Source of the DNA: Acidobacteriota bacterium | Lineage (GTDB): Bacteria; Acidobacteriota; UBA890; WLXD01 | Direction: 5' to 3' | DNA: 64,000 nucleotides | NCBI GenBank assembly: GCA_965248695.1 | Contig: CBDFKD010000002.1 | Location: 5,248,001 to 5,312,000 of the forward strand | Part shown: piece by piece, positions 17,307 through 27,493 of the stretch | Layout: every line of letters starts with the position of its first letter | Position numbering within the stretch: position 1 is the stretch's first letter | Notes under the pieces: generated by a model | Database searches by the model: none | What the model was told of the DNA's origin: nothing | What the model saw: the letters and a program-made list of their open reading frames with translations, nothing else | Made by a program: the position numbers and the translations under genes

Positions 17307-19178
17307 TCAGCAGGATACGCAGTTGTTGCTGTTCTCGGCGCCGACGCCCTCGAGCAGCGCGATGGTGTCGGGGAACGGCTGGATGCGCTGCACCGGCCCG
17401 TTCGCCATGTCGACCGTCGTCTGACCGCGGCGACTGATGAGCGTTGGATCGGCGCCGTGATCGAGCAGGTAGCCGATGAGGCCGTTGTCGCCTCGCGCCG
17501 CAGCGTGGTGCAGCGGTACGTAGCCGTCATGGTCGCGAGTGTTGACATCCGCGCCGAGCTCTTCCACCAGGTACCGGACCGTGCTCAACCACCCATCGGG
17601 GACGTGTCGGTGCGAGTTACCGGCGTACCCTTGTCCGTAGCCGACGCCCGATGCCGCGTGGATCGGGAACACGGCGGGGCCGTTGAGCGGCACCGGCGGC
17701 AGGCCGGACGGATCCAGTTCGCCGTCTTCGCCTCCGCTGTCGGCATAGCGCCGGCGCTTCGGGACCACCTGGGTGGGCACGTTGGGGTCGGCGCCGTGCG
17801 CCACGAGCAGGCGCAAGGCCTCGACATCGGTGGCGTAGGCAGCGCGCCAGAACGGGGTTGCCCCCTTGGTATCCACGCCCAACAGGTGGAAGTTGTACGA
17901 CATATGCCACAGATGCTTGGTGAGCCGAACGTTGGTGTCGGCACCGGCATCGAGAACCGCCTGCAGCAGATCCATGTAGCCCGTACGCTGCTGGGTGTAG
18001 GCGTACTGCTGGGGATAGCGTGATTTGGGCGCCCACTGCACCTTGAGGGTGGCGTACAGCGGCGTCAGGCCAGCGGCGTTCGCCAGCGTCGGGTCAGAGC
18101 CGCGATCGAGAAAGTACATTGCCAGGTCGAAGTGGCCGTTCATGACGGCGATCAGCAACGGGCTGGTGCCATCGCCGCTGTTGACCAGGTTGACGTCGGC
18201 GCCGGACTCGATCAGCGCCTGAACGGTGTCGGCATGGCCCTCGCGCGCGGCGTGCAGCAGTGCGGTCATACCGCCATGGGTGCCAACGAGATCTTCATAG
18301 TTCGGTGGCTCGCCCTCCGCTTCCTCGGTCTCTTCCTCGGCTTCGGCGAAATTGCTTTCCGCCTCTCCCTCGCGCGCATCCGTCGGCGTAACGCCCGCCG
18401 GCCCGGTCGGCGCGGCCTCGGCGGCTGGGTCTGCCGGTGGCTCAGCGTTCGTTGCCTCGAGCGGTTCTCTGGAAGGAGTCGGCTTGACTTCAACCACGGC
18501 CGCCTCGGAGTCCATGGACTGGAGGGCGGCGATGCGGCGGTCTCGTTGTTCCTTCTCGGCCTCCAACCGCTCCTCGAACGCCGCGACGTCGACGACCATG
18601 GCCGTCACGGATGAGTCCGCACCCCGTTGCAGCAACACGTCAACGGCCTCGACGCGATTCGCCGCGGCGGCGAACATCAGCGACGTTTGTCCCCAGGTCG
18701 ATTCGCGCCCATCGACGTGCGCCCCCTGGTCCAGCAGCGCGTTGATGACGCTCACGTTGCCGGCTGCCGCTGCGAAGTGCAGGGCGGTGGCACCGCCGGC
18801 GGTGGTGGCTGCGTTGACGTCGCTACCGGCACGCAGCAGCGTTTCGACCACCTCAGCGCCGCCTGACTTGCTGGCCAGGTGCAGCGCCGTGTAGTCACCG
18901 ATGCGGGTGACTGCAGCGGGGTTGGCTCCGGCGTAGATCAGCATCTCCACCAGCACCCGATCATCGTTCCGAGCCGCCCAGTGCAGGGCGGTCATGCCGT
19001 CGCCTTGGGCGGCGTTCACGTCCCCACCTTCCCGCAGCAGGGCACGCACGGTGTCGGCGTCGCCGCCCATCGCCGCGTCCGCCACCGGGGCCGCGCTGGG
19101 TGCAGCAGCCAGCAGCGTCGGTAGGCAGGCCGCAACGGCGAGCATGGCGCACGTCGGGGTCAGGCGTCGTCTGAGCAT
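17307..19178 (-). CDS. Secreted ankyrin-repeat protein
   Basis: Many GMTALH/TALHLA/TPLY/GADVN repeats; signal peptide; acidic Pro-rich linker; C-terminal CVSC. GGAGG before ATG 19178 (alternative start 19214). Confidence 0.9.
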   Translation of the reverse strand: MLRRRLTPTCAMLAVAACLPTLLAAAPSAAPVADAAMGGDADTVRALLREGGDVNAAQGDGMTALHWAARNDDRVLVEMLIYAGANPAAVTRIGDYTALHLASKSGGAEVVETLLRAGSDVNAATTAGGATALHFAAAAGNVSVINALLDQGAHVDGRESTWGQTSLMFAAAANRVEAVDVLLQRGADSSVTAMVVDVAAFEERLEAEKEQRDRRIAALQSMDSEAAVVEVKPTPSREPLEATNAEPPADPAAEAAPTGPAGVTPTDAREGEAESNFAEAEEETEEAEGEPPNYEDLVGTHGGMTALLHAAREGHADTVQALIESGADVNLVNSGDGTSPLLIAVMNGHFDLAMYFLDRGSDPTLANAAGLTPLYATLKVQWAPKSRYPQQYAYTQQRTGYMDLLQAVLDAGADTNVRLTKHLWHMSYNFHLLGVDTKGATPFWRAAYATDVEALRLLVAHGADPNVPTQVVPKRRRYADSGGEDGELDPSGLPPVPLNGPAVFPIHAASGVGYGQGYAGNSHRHVPDGWLSTVRYLVEELGADVNTRDHDGYVPLHHAAARGDNGLIGYLLDHGADPTLISRRGQTTVDMANGPVQRIQPFPDTIALLEGVGAENSNNCVSC

Positions 19179-19210
19179 CGTGCCCCTCCGATGGGTACTC
19201 GCTGCACGAC

Positions 19211-20602
19211 TCATACCGGCGTCGACAGGGAGAACTCGCCCGTGCTGTCGCCGAAGGTGGCCATGTCAGTGTGACCGAGCTTGTGCATCAGGCTCAGCAT
19301 CGCGTTGGCCATCGGGGTGCCATCGTCGGCACGGAGGTGGGCGCCACCCTCGAGCTCACCGTTGGCGCCTCCCACCACGAACAACGGACAGCGCTTGTGG
19401 TTGTGAACGTTGGGATCGCCCATGGGTGATCCGTAGATGACCATGCTCTGGTCGAGCAGGCTGCTGTCCCCGTCCATGGTGTCGCGCAGCTTGTCGAGGA
19501 AGTACGGCATCAGGCTGACGTGGTAGTCGTTGATGAGCGCGAACTCATCGATGTTCGATTCCTTACCTCCATGATGGGAGGCCGGATGGAACCCCTTGCT
19601 GGTGCCACTCTTTGGATATACCCGCGACGACGCATCTCGCCCGAGCTTCAGCGAGAAAACGCGCGTCACGTCGGCAGCAAAGCCGAGAACCTGAAGGTCG
19701 AACATGAGCTTCACATGCTCATCGAACGAGTCCGGTACCCCGGCGGGCGCCTCCGGCAGCTCTCGCACCTCGCCGCTAATGTTGCGCTCCTCGACGCGTC
19801 GTATTCGGCGTTCGATCTCACGAACGTTTTCGAGATACCGATCGATTCGCCGCCGGTCCTCGGGACCGAAGCCGGTCTTCAAGCGCGCCACCTCGCCGGT
19901 GATCCAGTCGAGGATGCTGCGATCCGCCCGCCGCCGCGCGGCGCGCTCCTCCGGAGTCCCACCGACACCGAAGAGTTGATCGAAGACCACGCGCGGGTCC
20001 CGAATCATCGGTAGCGGCTGGGTCGGGGAGGCCCAGCTGATGGTGTCGGTGTAGACGCAGGCGTAGCCGTAGGCGCATCCGCCGGCGGCGTCGACGTTCT
20101 CTATGCATAGCTGCATCGACGGGATCGGCGTGCTCTGTCCGAAGCGCTGAGCGTATAGCTGGTCCATGGAGATGCCGACCTGTACATCCGATCCCTGTGT
20201 CTGCTTCGGGTGCGACTGCGTCAGGAACACGGCGCTCGAACGGAAGTGATCGCCGCCGATCTCCTTCGGGATGAGCGCTTCGGCCCCCTGACAATCGGTG
20301 TTGCTGATGATGGTCAGCTGGTCGCGAAAGGGCTCGAGGGCGCGGAGAGCGCTCGGGCTGAGATCGAAATCGCGGCCGACCTGGGCCGGGGCCCAGTAGT
20401 TCTTGGTGGCGCCGTAGTCATTACAGCCGGCGGCGCCATGCACCATTTCGATGCAGACCAGCCGGGTGGGATCGGTGCTCTCGGATCCGCTCCGTGCCCA
20501 GGCGGCCGTCGGTACCATGGCGTCGAGCAAGGGCAGCGCTACCGTTGCTCCCACGCCACGCAGAATCGTGCGCCGCGGCAGCGGCTTGTTCAGGATGATC
20601 AT
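19211..20602 (-). CDS. DUF1552 family Tat-exported protein
   Basis: LPRRTILRGVGATVALPLLDAM, GGDHFRS, ISMDQ, GGCAYGYACVYTDTISW, FHPASHH, NVHNH. Confidence 0.88.
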   Translation of the reverse strand: MIILNKPLPRRTILRGVGATVALPLLDAMVPTAAWARSGSESTDPTRLVCIEMVHGAAGCNDYGATKNYWAPAQVGRDFDLSPSALRALEPFRDQLTIISNTDCQGAEALIPKEIGGDHFRSSAVFLTQSHPKQTQGSDVQVGISMDQLYAQRFGQSTPIPSMQLCIENVDAAGGCAYGYACVYTDTISWASPTQPLPMIRDPRVVFDQLFGVGGTPEERAARRRADRSILDWITGEVARLKTGFGPEDRRRIDRYLENVREIERRIRRVEERNISGEVRELPEAPAGVPDSFDEHVKLMFDLQVLGFAADVTRVFSLKLGRDASSRVYPKSGTSKGFHPASHHGGKESNIDEFALINDYHVSLMPYFLDKLRDTMDGDSSLLDQSMVIYGSPMGDPNVHNHKRCPLFVVGGANGELEGGAHLRADDGTPMANAMLSLMHKLGHTDMATFGDSTGEFSLSTPV

Positions 20603-20675
20603 CGGTCCTCCAAAATTGAATGTCCCGCTTCGGGCCCCCGTCTCCGCGGGTGGATCGGACTCGGCATTGGTGCCA

Positions 20676-23177
20676 TCAAGGTCGGTGCTCCGCGGCCTCG
20701 TCATCGGCCACCTGGACTCGCATCGCTCGGTCGTTATTGTGGAACGCCGGACTGCTGGCGACTCCGAGAACGAACGACGACAACCGGTAATCGTTGCCCT
20801 TCGCATCGGCAACGACGGTGCGGATGACGGGCATGTCGGTGTACTCGATACGTCGGCCAAGTGCGTAGGCCATCAGGTTCTTGGCGAAGTTCGTCATGAT
20901 CGCATCAGTGTACGTGAGCAGCGCCTGCCGCAGATCGATCGGGCCGTTGAGAACCGTACCGTCGTACAGCTCGCCCGAGACCTGGACCGCGGCGCCGTTG
21001 TCGTTGATGCGCCAGGCGCCCATGACGTCGAAGTTCTCCAGCGCCAGGCCCAACGGATCGATGACTCGATGGCACGACATGCAGCTCGGGTCGGCGCGGT
21101 GCTGCTCGAGGCGCTGGCGCACTGTCGTCAACTCGGTATCGCCGACGAAATCGCTGTCTTCCAGATCGGGCACATCCGGCGGCGGTGGCGGCGGCGGGGT
21201 ACCCAGCAGGACTTCCATCAGCCACTTGCCGCGCAGAACGGGAGACGTCCGGTTGGAGTGTGAAGTCAGCGTCAGGAAGCTGCCGTGCCCGAGCACGCCG
21301 CGGCGGTTGCGGTCCGGCTGGGCCACCTTGCGGAAATGGGTGCCGGCCACATTCGGGATTCCGTAGTGCCTGGCGAGGCGCTCGTTGAGGAACGTGTAGT
21401 CGGCGGTCAATAGCTCGAGCGCGCTCCGATCTTCCTGCACGAGATGGTTGAAGAGCATCTCGGTTTCCTGGCGCATCGCATCGGCGAGCTGACGCGGAAA
21501 GTCCGGATACATGACCGCATCAGGCTGTACGAGGTACAGATCCTGCAGCCGCAGCCACTGGGCAGCGAAGCGCGTGCCAAGCGAGGCGGCACGCGGATCG
21601 GCGAGCATTCGTGCCACCTGCACCTGGAGGACGCGCGGGTCCTGGAGCTGATTACGGTGCGCCAGCTCGACGAGCTCTTCGTCCGGGGCGCTGGCCCAGA
21701 GGAAGAACGACAACCGCGATGCCAGCGTCAGATCGCTGACGCGGTCTGCCGAGGCAACCTCGGGTCTGGCGGTTTCTTCGAAACGGAAGATGAAGTGCGG
21801 GCTCGCCAGCACCGCCTGCAAAGCGTCCCGGATACCGACTTCGAATCCGCCCGCTGTCGCACCACGCTGATAGAACGCCATCAAGGCGTCGACGTCGTCG
21901 TCGGTTACCGGTCGACGATACGCCTCAGCCGCCAGCCGGGAGACGATCTCACGGGCGCACGGCAGCTCCTCGTCAGGGGCCGTCGGTCGGCAGCTAAAGA
22001 CGTGGTCACGGCTCGGCGTCGCCGAAACCCCGGTGGAGCCGTACGGGCCGCCGATGATCAGATCTTGCAAGTGGGGAAGCGACGTCACCCCATACGAGCT
22101 GCCGATCTTCTTGTCCGCCAGACTCCATTCGTGCAACGACAGGGAGTCCTCGACGGGCCCCTCGAAGCGCTGCAAGAAAGCGGCCGACACGCGTTGAGGC
22201 CCAGCTCTGACGAAGATCGGCGAGCTGACCTCGAGAACGCCGTTGTCGGCATTCATCCACCGATCGACATCCACCAGCGCGGCGCGCTCACCGTTGATGG
22301 AGATCTCGATCTGCTCGTCGTGCAGCGTCCGCATGCCGAACAGCTCGGCGATCGGCGAGTCGTAGAAGTCCATCGTGAAGGTGTAGCTCGCGTCGGCGGG
22401 GAAATGGTGGATGACCGACAGGCCGCCGCGCGTGCCATAGGGAGCACCCTCGACATGCTCGCGCTGCGAGGCAAAGCGTGGGACCGAGTACGTCGTCGCG
22501 CTGGCCGTGGCGTTGACGTCGCCGAGGGCCAGACGGCTTACTTCGCCAGCCGCTGCCAGGAAGCCCTGCATGACCGTTACCGACAGGCCCTGCACATCGG
22601 CAACGTTGTCGAATCCCTCGCTGATCGTGTCCGGCGGCAGGTACGCGTCGGCGTCGATCTCGAGCTCGAGCAGATCACGAACCGAGCGTTCGTACTCGGC
22701 GCGGTTGAGCCGCTGAAAGGTGCGGCCGCCGCGATAGCCGGCAGCCGCAGCAGCCGCGTCTACGCGCCCCGCGAGTGACGTCACCAGGGCGCTCACGGTG
22801 GCCTGATCAGGTCGCCGCAGCGGCGGGGGCGGCATCATGCCGGCCTGCAGCTTACGGATCATCTTCTCGGCGACCTCAGCACTTTCGTGCGCCCGCGCCA
22901 CGTCGAATGACTCGAGCGACAGGCCGGCGGTGCGCGTCTCGTCGTTGTGGCAGCGCAGGCAATACTGGCCAACGACGCGGTTTTGCGCCTGGTAGTTGGC
23001 GGCGTTCTCGCTGATGAGCTCGCCGGCGACGCCCGGCAGCGCAACACGGCTCGCCTCGCTTTGCGCCCGCCCGGTGCTCGCGGTAAAGCCGATAGCGAGC
23101 ACGGCGGCGATCAGGCTAGTCACGGCGACGGGCGCCGTGGCACGCCTGCGGTCCGCACCAGATGTCACGATACGCAT
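20676..23177 (-). CDS. DUF1587/1595/1592/1588/1585 multidomain c-type cytochrome (PSD-type)
   Basis: CLRCH; RLNRAEYERSVRDLL; LASPHFIFR; LASRLSFFLWASAPD; RTSPVLRGKW; CMSCH..IDPLGLALENFD; YALGR. Confidence 0.9.
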   Translation of the reverse strand: MRIVTSGADRRRATAPVAVTSLIAAVLAIGFTASTGRAQSEASRVALPGVAGELISENAANYQAQNRVVGQYCLRCHNDETRTAGLSLESFDVARAHESAEVAEKMIRKLQAGMMPPPPLRRPDQATVSALVTSLAGRVDAAAAAAGYRGGRTFQRLNRAEYERSVRDLLELEIDADAYLPPDTISEGFDNVADVQGLSVTVMQGFLAAAGEVSRLALGDVNATASATTYSVPRFASQREHVEGAPYGTRGGLSVIHHFPADASYTFTMDFYDSPIAELFGMRTLHDEQIEISINGERAALVDVDRWMNADNGVLEVSSPIFVRAGPQRVSAAFLQRFEGPVEDSLSLHEWSLADKKIGSSYGVTSLPHLQDLIIGGPYGSTGVSATPSRDHVFSCRPTAPDEELPCAREIVSRLAAEAYRRPVTDDDVDALMAFYQRGATAGGFEVGIRDALQAVLASPHFIFRFEETARPEVASADRVSDLTLASRLSFFLWASAPDEELVELAHRNQLQDPRVLQVQVARMLADPRAASLGTRFAAQWLRLQDLYLVQPDAVMYPDFPRQLADAMRQETEMLFNHLVQEDRSALELLTADYTFLNERLARHYGIPNVAGTHFRKVAQPDRNRRGVLGHGSFLTLTSHSNRTSPVLRGKWLMEVLLGTPPPPPPPDVPDLEDSDFVGDTELTTVRQRLEQHRADPSCMSCHRVIDPLGLALENFDVMGAWRINDNGAAVQVSGELYDGTVLNGPIDLRQALLTYTDAIMTNFAKNLMAYALGRRIEYTDMPVIRTVVADAKGNDYRLSSFVLGVASSPAFHNNDRAMRVQVADDEAAEHRP

Positions 23178-23468
23178 CTCCCGCCAGGGCCACCGCTCAG
23201 CGCCGCTTGCACGCTGCAGGCACCAGCGATCACCGATCGAGGGCGGCCCTTGTAACCCTCATGGATGAATGCGCGGGTCCCCGTATTCGACCATGTGGGG
23301 GGCGCTTTCTCAAGGGTTGAGCTGACCGGATGCCATTTCCCGCGAAAGCCATTTCACCCAGGGAGGCGGGCCGGTTTGCGATGTCGATGTCATACGGGTC
23401 GGACGGCGTTCAGCTGGTTCGCGTCCTCAGGCGCTAGCCGCCTCGGCGCGCAGCCGCGTCATTGCAGG

Positions 23469-25850
23469 TCACTGCAGATAGCCGAGGGCGCGCAGGCGGC
23501 GCGCGAGCTCCGGGTCGATGTCGGCCTCTTCGGAGGTCAGCACCGGCGCCTGTATCGACGCCATGGCATGCAGCGCCAGGCGGAGATACCCGGTGGTTAC
23601 CGGAAAGTCTCCAGAGAGATCTACCTGCTCTTCGGGGTCGTTCCGCCAGGAGAACATTTGCGTTGCTGGGTCGGCTGCTGGGGAGCTTGCGTGCCATCGC
23701 ACCACGTGGCGATCGTCGGTCAGCAAGCTGTCGGTTCGGCGCTGGTCCAGCTCGAGATAGGACATCAGGCTTCGTTCTGCCGTGGACTCCTCACCGGTGC
23801 CCTCGATCACGGCCCAGATGATCGGCAACAGGCTGTCGCCTGAAGCATCTCGGACCGGCGGCGCATCGATCAGATCGAGGATCGTCGGCAGGATATCGAC
23901 GTGCTGCACGGGTGTGTCGACACGCGTGCCGGCAGCCCAGCCATGGGGGAACTTGATGACCAACGGAACGAAGATGATCTCCGACAGGAGCGTCCGCCCA
24001 TGTTCGAATGCGCCGTGCTCGAAGAACTCCTCCCCATGATCGGAGACGAACAGAATCAGGGTCGAGTCGTAGTTGTCGGTTGCACGCAAGCGGTCCAGCA
24101 GCCGGCCGAACTGTTCGTCGTTGTAGGCAATCTCGGCGTCGTACAGATCGCTCAGGCCCCCGACGGCATCCGCCACCGAGAGGTCGGGAAACCGCTCGAA
24201 AGCATCTGGGATCAGATCAGGATCCGACAGGCGTGCCAGTCTCGGGTCACGGAGAAAGCGCGCCCGATAGGGGTCGCGCGGGGTATACGGGGTGTGCGGA
24301 TCGCTCGTGTGCAAGTACGCGAAGAAGGGCCTGTCGGTTTGCCGCTCGTCGAGCCACGCGAAGAACGCCTCGTTGACGCGATCCGACAGCTGGTGAATCG
24401 TCTCCGAGCCGACTTGCTCTCCGGCATAGACGAAGCTGTCGAAGCCGTTGTCAAATCCGAGCTGGGGCGCAACATTCCCGTTGGTGATCACTGCATGAGT
24501 TTGGTAGCCCCGGTCCCCGAGGATGGCAGGGAGCGTGACGGCATCCGCTGACAGCGCGTCGTCGCGGTCCAGCACGCTGTGAGCCCGCGGCTGTAGCCCG
24601 GTCAAGATGGATGCGACGGATGTCCGCGTCCACCCCGATTGCGCCACCGCGTGCTCGAAGACGACGCTCTCCGCGCTCAGGGCGTCGAGCTTCGGACTGG
24701 TCGGACGCGGATATCCATAGGTGGCGAGGTGGTCGGCACGCAGGGTATCGACAAGATAGACGACGATGTTCGGTGGGCGACCGTCGGGAAGACTCTCGCG
24801 CAGCTGGCTCATCAGCGCGGAGGGCGAACCGCGAGTCGCGCCCCGAGCGGTCGGGTCGTCGTTGTCGACTTGACGGTCTGTAGCAGCGCCGCGTCCTGGG
24901 TCAGTGGGCGGCGATTCACTCGCCGCCCCGCTGAGTGTCGGCCGGACGATACGGAGTCCGGAGGGACGCTCAGGCGTACCCTGCGCCGGCAAGGCAAGAA
25001 ACGAGACGCGCGCCAATCCGGACCCGTCGAGGACGATGCTGGTCGGTGCCGAGAAGTCCGCATCTTCGACCTCGACTGAGTTGGCTGGCGTCTGCTCGCT
25101 CTCGTAGAGCACCTCGACGCGCAGGGTGTGGCCCGCAGAGCCCGTGGCCGCGTCCCAAGGGACCACCTGCTCCCATCCCAACCGCGCGCCCGGCTCCACC
25201 TGCAGAAAATAGTCGACCCGGCTACGGAACGGGATCTCGAGCGATGCACCATTGCTGCTGGCCTGTCCATACGGAAATCTCTCCCCGAAACGAAATCGCT
25301 GCCAGGCCACCGCCAGTGACGGACGGAGCTCGTCATCCGACCAGGGACCATCCTTGCCGCCGTGACCGTAGCGAAGCGTCAACTCGTTTCGGCCTGTACG
25401 TAGCTGCCGACGTCGGACCCGAACCTGGTAGTCGTTGAAGCCGGGCTGGAGCACCACGGTGGCCACGGGCTCACCGTTGACCAGTAGCTCAACGGCAGGT
25501 TCCGCGTCGACCATCGCTTCGGATGGCCGGCACCGAAACCTGATCACTGTTGAGCGCGGCTCGTAGGCATAGAAGCTCAGAGTTGATTCAGGCCACAGGC
25601 CCCACGCGAAGCTCCAGTCGTCGTCCCAGACCTCGTCGAAGCTCCACCCGCCGATCAGACTACGGCGCGCCTCGGACCTGCCCACGTTGACGATCCGCGT
25701 CTCCGGATGGACGGTGGCGAGGTCCAGGTTGGCAGCGAAGTCGAAGCTAGCGGAGTCGGTTCGGCTGCAACCGCCGATAGCCGGCAGCAGCGCCAGCAGC
25801 AGCAGCCCGAGTGGCGGAACCGCCGAGTGCCGCAGGATCTGGCGGATCAC
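23469..25850 (-). CDS. Sulfatase-family (alkaline phosphatase superfamily) lipoprotein with N-terminal beta-domain
   Basis: PNIVVYLVDTLRADH, SGWTRTSVASILTG, DPHTPY, YDAEI, SDHGEEFFEHG; lipobox IGGC; GTGA overlap with the upstream gene. Confidence 0.85.
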   Translation of the reverse strand: MIRQILRHSAVPPLGLLLLALLPAIGGCSRTDSASFDFAANLDLATVHPETRIVNVGRSEARRSLIGGWSFDEVWDDDWSFAWGLWPESTLSFYAYEPRSTVIRFRCRPSEAMVDAEPAVELLVNGEPVATVVLQPGFNDYQVRVRRRQLRTGRNELTLRYGHGGKDGPWSDDELRPSLAVAWQRFRFGERFPYGQASSNGASLEIPFRSRVDYFLQVEPGARLGWEQVVPWDAATGSAGHTLRVEVLYESEQTPANSVEVEDADFSAPTSIVLDGSGLARVSFLALPAQGTPERPSGLRIVRPTLSGAASESPPTDPGRGAATDRQVDNDDPTARGATRGSPSALMSQLRESLPDGRPPNIVVYLVDTLRADHLATYGYPRPTSPKLDALSAESVVFEHAVAQSGWTRTSVASILTGLQPRAHSVLDRDDALSADAVTLPAILGDRGYQTHAVITNGNVAPQLGFDNGFDSFVYAGEQVGSETIHQLSDRVNEAFFAWLDERQTDRPFFAYLHTSDPHTPYTPRDPYRARFLRDPRLARLSDPDLIPDAFERFPDLSVADAVGGLSDLYDAEIAYNDEQFGRLLDRLRATDNYDSTLILFVSDHGEEFFEHGAFEHGRTLLSEIIFVPLVIKFPHGWAAGTRVDTPVQHVDILPTILDLIDAPPVRDASGDSLLPIIWAVIEGTGEESTAERSLMSYLELDQRRTDSLLTDDRHVVRWHASSPAADPATQMFSWRNDPEEQVDLSGDFPVTTGYLRLALHAMASIQAPVLTSEEADIDPELARRLRALGYLQ

Positions 25851-27238
25851 TCCTTGTCCTCGAGCCCGGATGGCGCCAGTTTCGACAGCTTCACCGCCAG
25901 CCACGCCGGCTTGCGGTCGCGGATCTCGGCCCGTTCTTTGTGGGCCACGGCGGCACGGACGACATGTGCTCCCACGAAGCGGATCGGCTCTGGCGGAAAA
26001 CCGGTAACCGGCCGATCCACCAGAGGGTGCGTGCCCCACTCGTCGCGCCTACGTAGCGCCAGGCTGGCGAGGATCTTGCCGCCGATGACGCTCGGACCTA
26101 CGCCGTTGCCGCTCCATCCGATGCCGTAGACGATGTGCTCGAGACCAGCGAGGTGACCGAGTAGCGGCACGCTGTTGGGTGTTCGGTCGATCGGTCCGCA
26201 CCAATCATGCGTGATCGGCACGTGGTCGAGCGACGGGTAGTAGCGGCGGAAGTCGGCCTCCACCTCGCGTGCCCGGCGGGCGTTCCGATCGAAGGCCGGG
26301 CCAACGTTGCCACCGTAGCCGATGGTGCAGCCGCCCTTGCCGAAAACGATGCGCCCATCTCGGCTGGTGCGATAGTAGTCGACCATCGTCTGTGAATCGG
26401 TGATCGCCAGGTCGCGTTCCCACCCGATGCGGTCGAGCTCCTCCGGGATCGGTGCGCTGGCGACGATGTCGCTGGAGACCACCACGATGGCGCGCGCCAG
26501 CTCGGGAATCTGCGCCGCCCACGCGTTGGTGGCGATCACCATCGTGTCGGCGGTCAGCGTGCCGGCATCGCAGCGAATAGTGACTGGGCGCTCTCTCGAG
26601 AACGTACGCATCGCCGTGTGCTCGTAGATCTGAACGCCCCGCTCCAGCGCGACGCGCCGCAGCCCACGGGCCAGCGCTGCTGGCTGGACGATAGCGGCGC
26701 TGGTTTCGAAGACGCCCTCGCGATGCGCCGTGGAGCCGCTGCGGCCGCCGACCTCCATGGGATCGAGGCGTCGAAAAGCATCGATTCCGTGGCGGGCGCA
26801 CAGATCGAGCAGCCCGTTCCAGGCTCCGCGCTGCGCCTCGCTCGTGGCTGCCCAGAGCCATCCGCCCTGGCGGAAATCGGCATCGATGGCGTGAGCGTCA
26901 CAGAAGGCACCGATCTCGGCGATCGCCTCCTCAGACTTGCGCGCCACCTGAATCGCGTCGTCGTCTCCGACGATCTTGCTGAGCGAGGCAACCTTCGGCC
27001 ACCAGGAAAGAACGAACCCGCCGTTGCGGCCCGATGCTCCACCGCCGCAGATATCTTGTTCGATGACGCTAACCCGGCATTGCGGCTCGGCCTCCTTGAT
27101 TCGGAGCGCCGTCCAGAGACCAACGTAGCCGCCACCGACAATCGCCACGTCCGCTGTCGCTGCGCCACGAAGCGGCGGAGCGTCGGGAGCGTCCCCGGCC
27201 ACCTCCTGGAGCCAGTACGAACGATGCCGAGCGGACAT
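25847..27238 (-). CDS. FAD-dependent amine/amino-acid oxidoreductase (DAAO / PuuB-like)
   Basis: SYW, IVGGGYVGLWTA, GASGRNGG, QPAALARGL, GWSGNGVG. Confidence 0.88.
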   Translation of the reverse strand: MSARHRSYWLQEVAGDAPDAPPLRGAATADVAIVGGGYVGLWTALRIKEAEPQCRVSVIEQDICGGGASGRNGGFVLSWWPKVASLSKIVGDDDAIQVARKSEEAIAEIGAFCDAHAIDADFRQGGWLWAATSEAQRGAWNGLLDLCARHGIDAFRRLDPMEVGGRSGSTAHREGVFETSAAIVQPAALARGLRRVALERGVQIYEHTAMRTFSRERPVTIRCDAGTLTADTMVIATNAWAAQIPELARAIVVVSSDIVASAPIPEELDRIGWERDLAITDSQTMVDYYRTSRDGRIVFGKGGCTIGYGGNVGPAFDRNARRAREVEADFRRYYPSLDHVPITHDWCGPIDRTPNSVPLLGHLAGLEHIVYGIGWSGNGVGPSVIGGKILASLALRRRDEWGTHPLVDRPVTGFPPEPIRFVGAHVVRAAVAHKERAEIRDRKPAWLAVKLSKLAPSGLEDKE

Positions 27239-27493
27239 CCCAACTCCAATTGGAGATCGGCGAGCGGCGACGCCGGCTCAGGGAAGATTCGGTACAAAAA
27301 TGCCGCGTTGCCGACAGGTGTCACCGACAAGATCGCCTAGTTTCGCACGCCGCCGATCTGGGCTTCGACCGAATACCGGATTCGCGGCTTTCGTTACCTG
27401 CCGCGCCTACCTTGTTGGGTCGCCGAGGCGTCGCTAACATGCGCACGCTACTGAACAGCGGAAGTCGCGCTACCCCTTAGGAGTGAAACCGTC

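Noticed and set aside
23332-23355. GCCATTTC direct repeat upstream of the DUF1592 operon as an operator
   Set aside because: Only two 8-bp copies and no adjacent regulator; could be chance.
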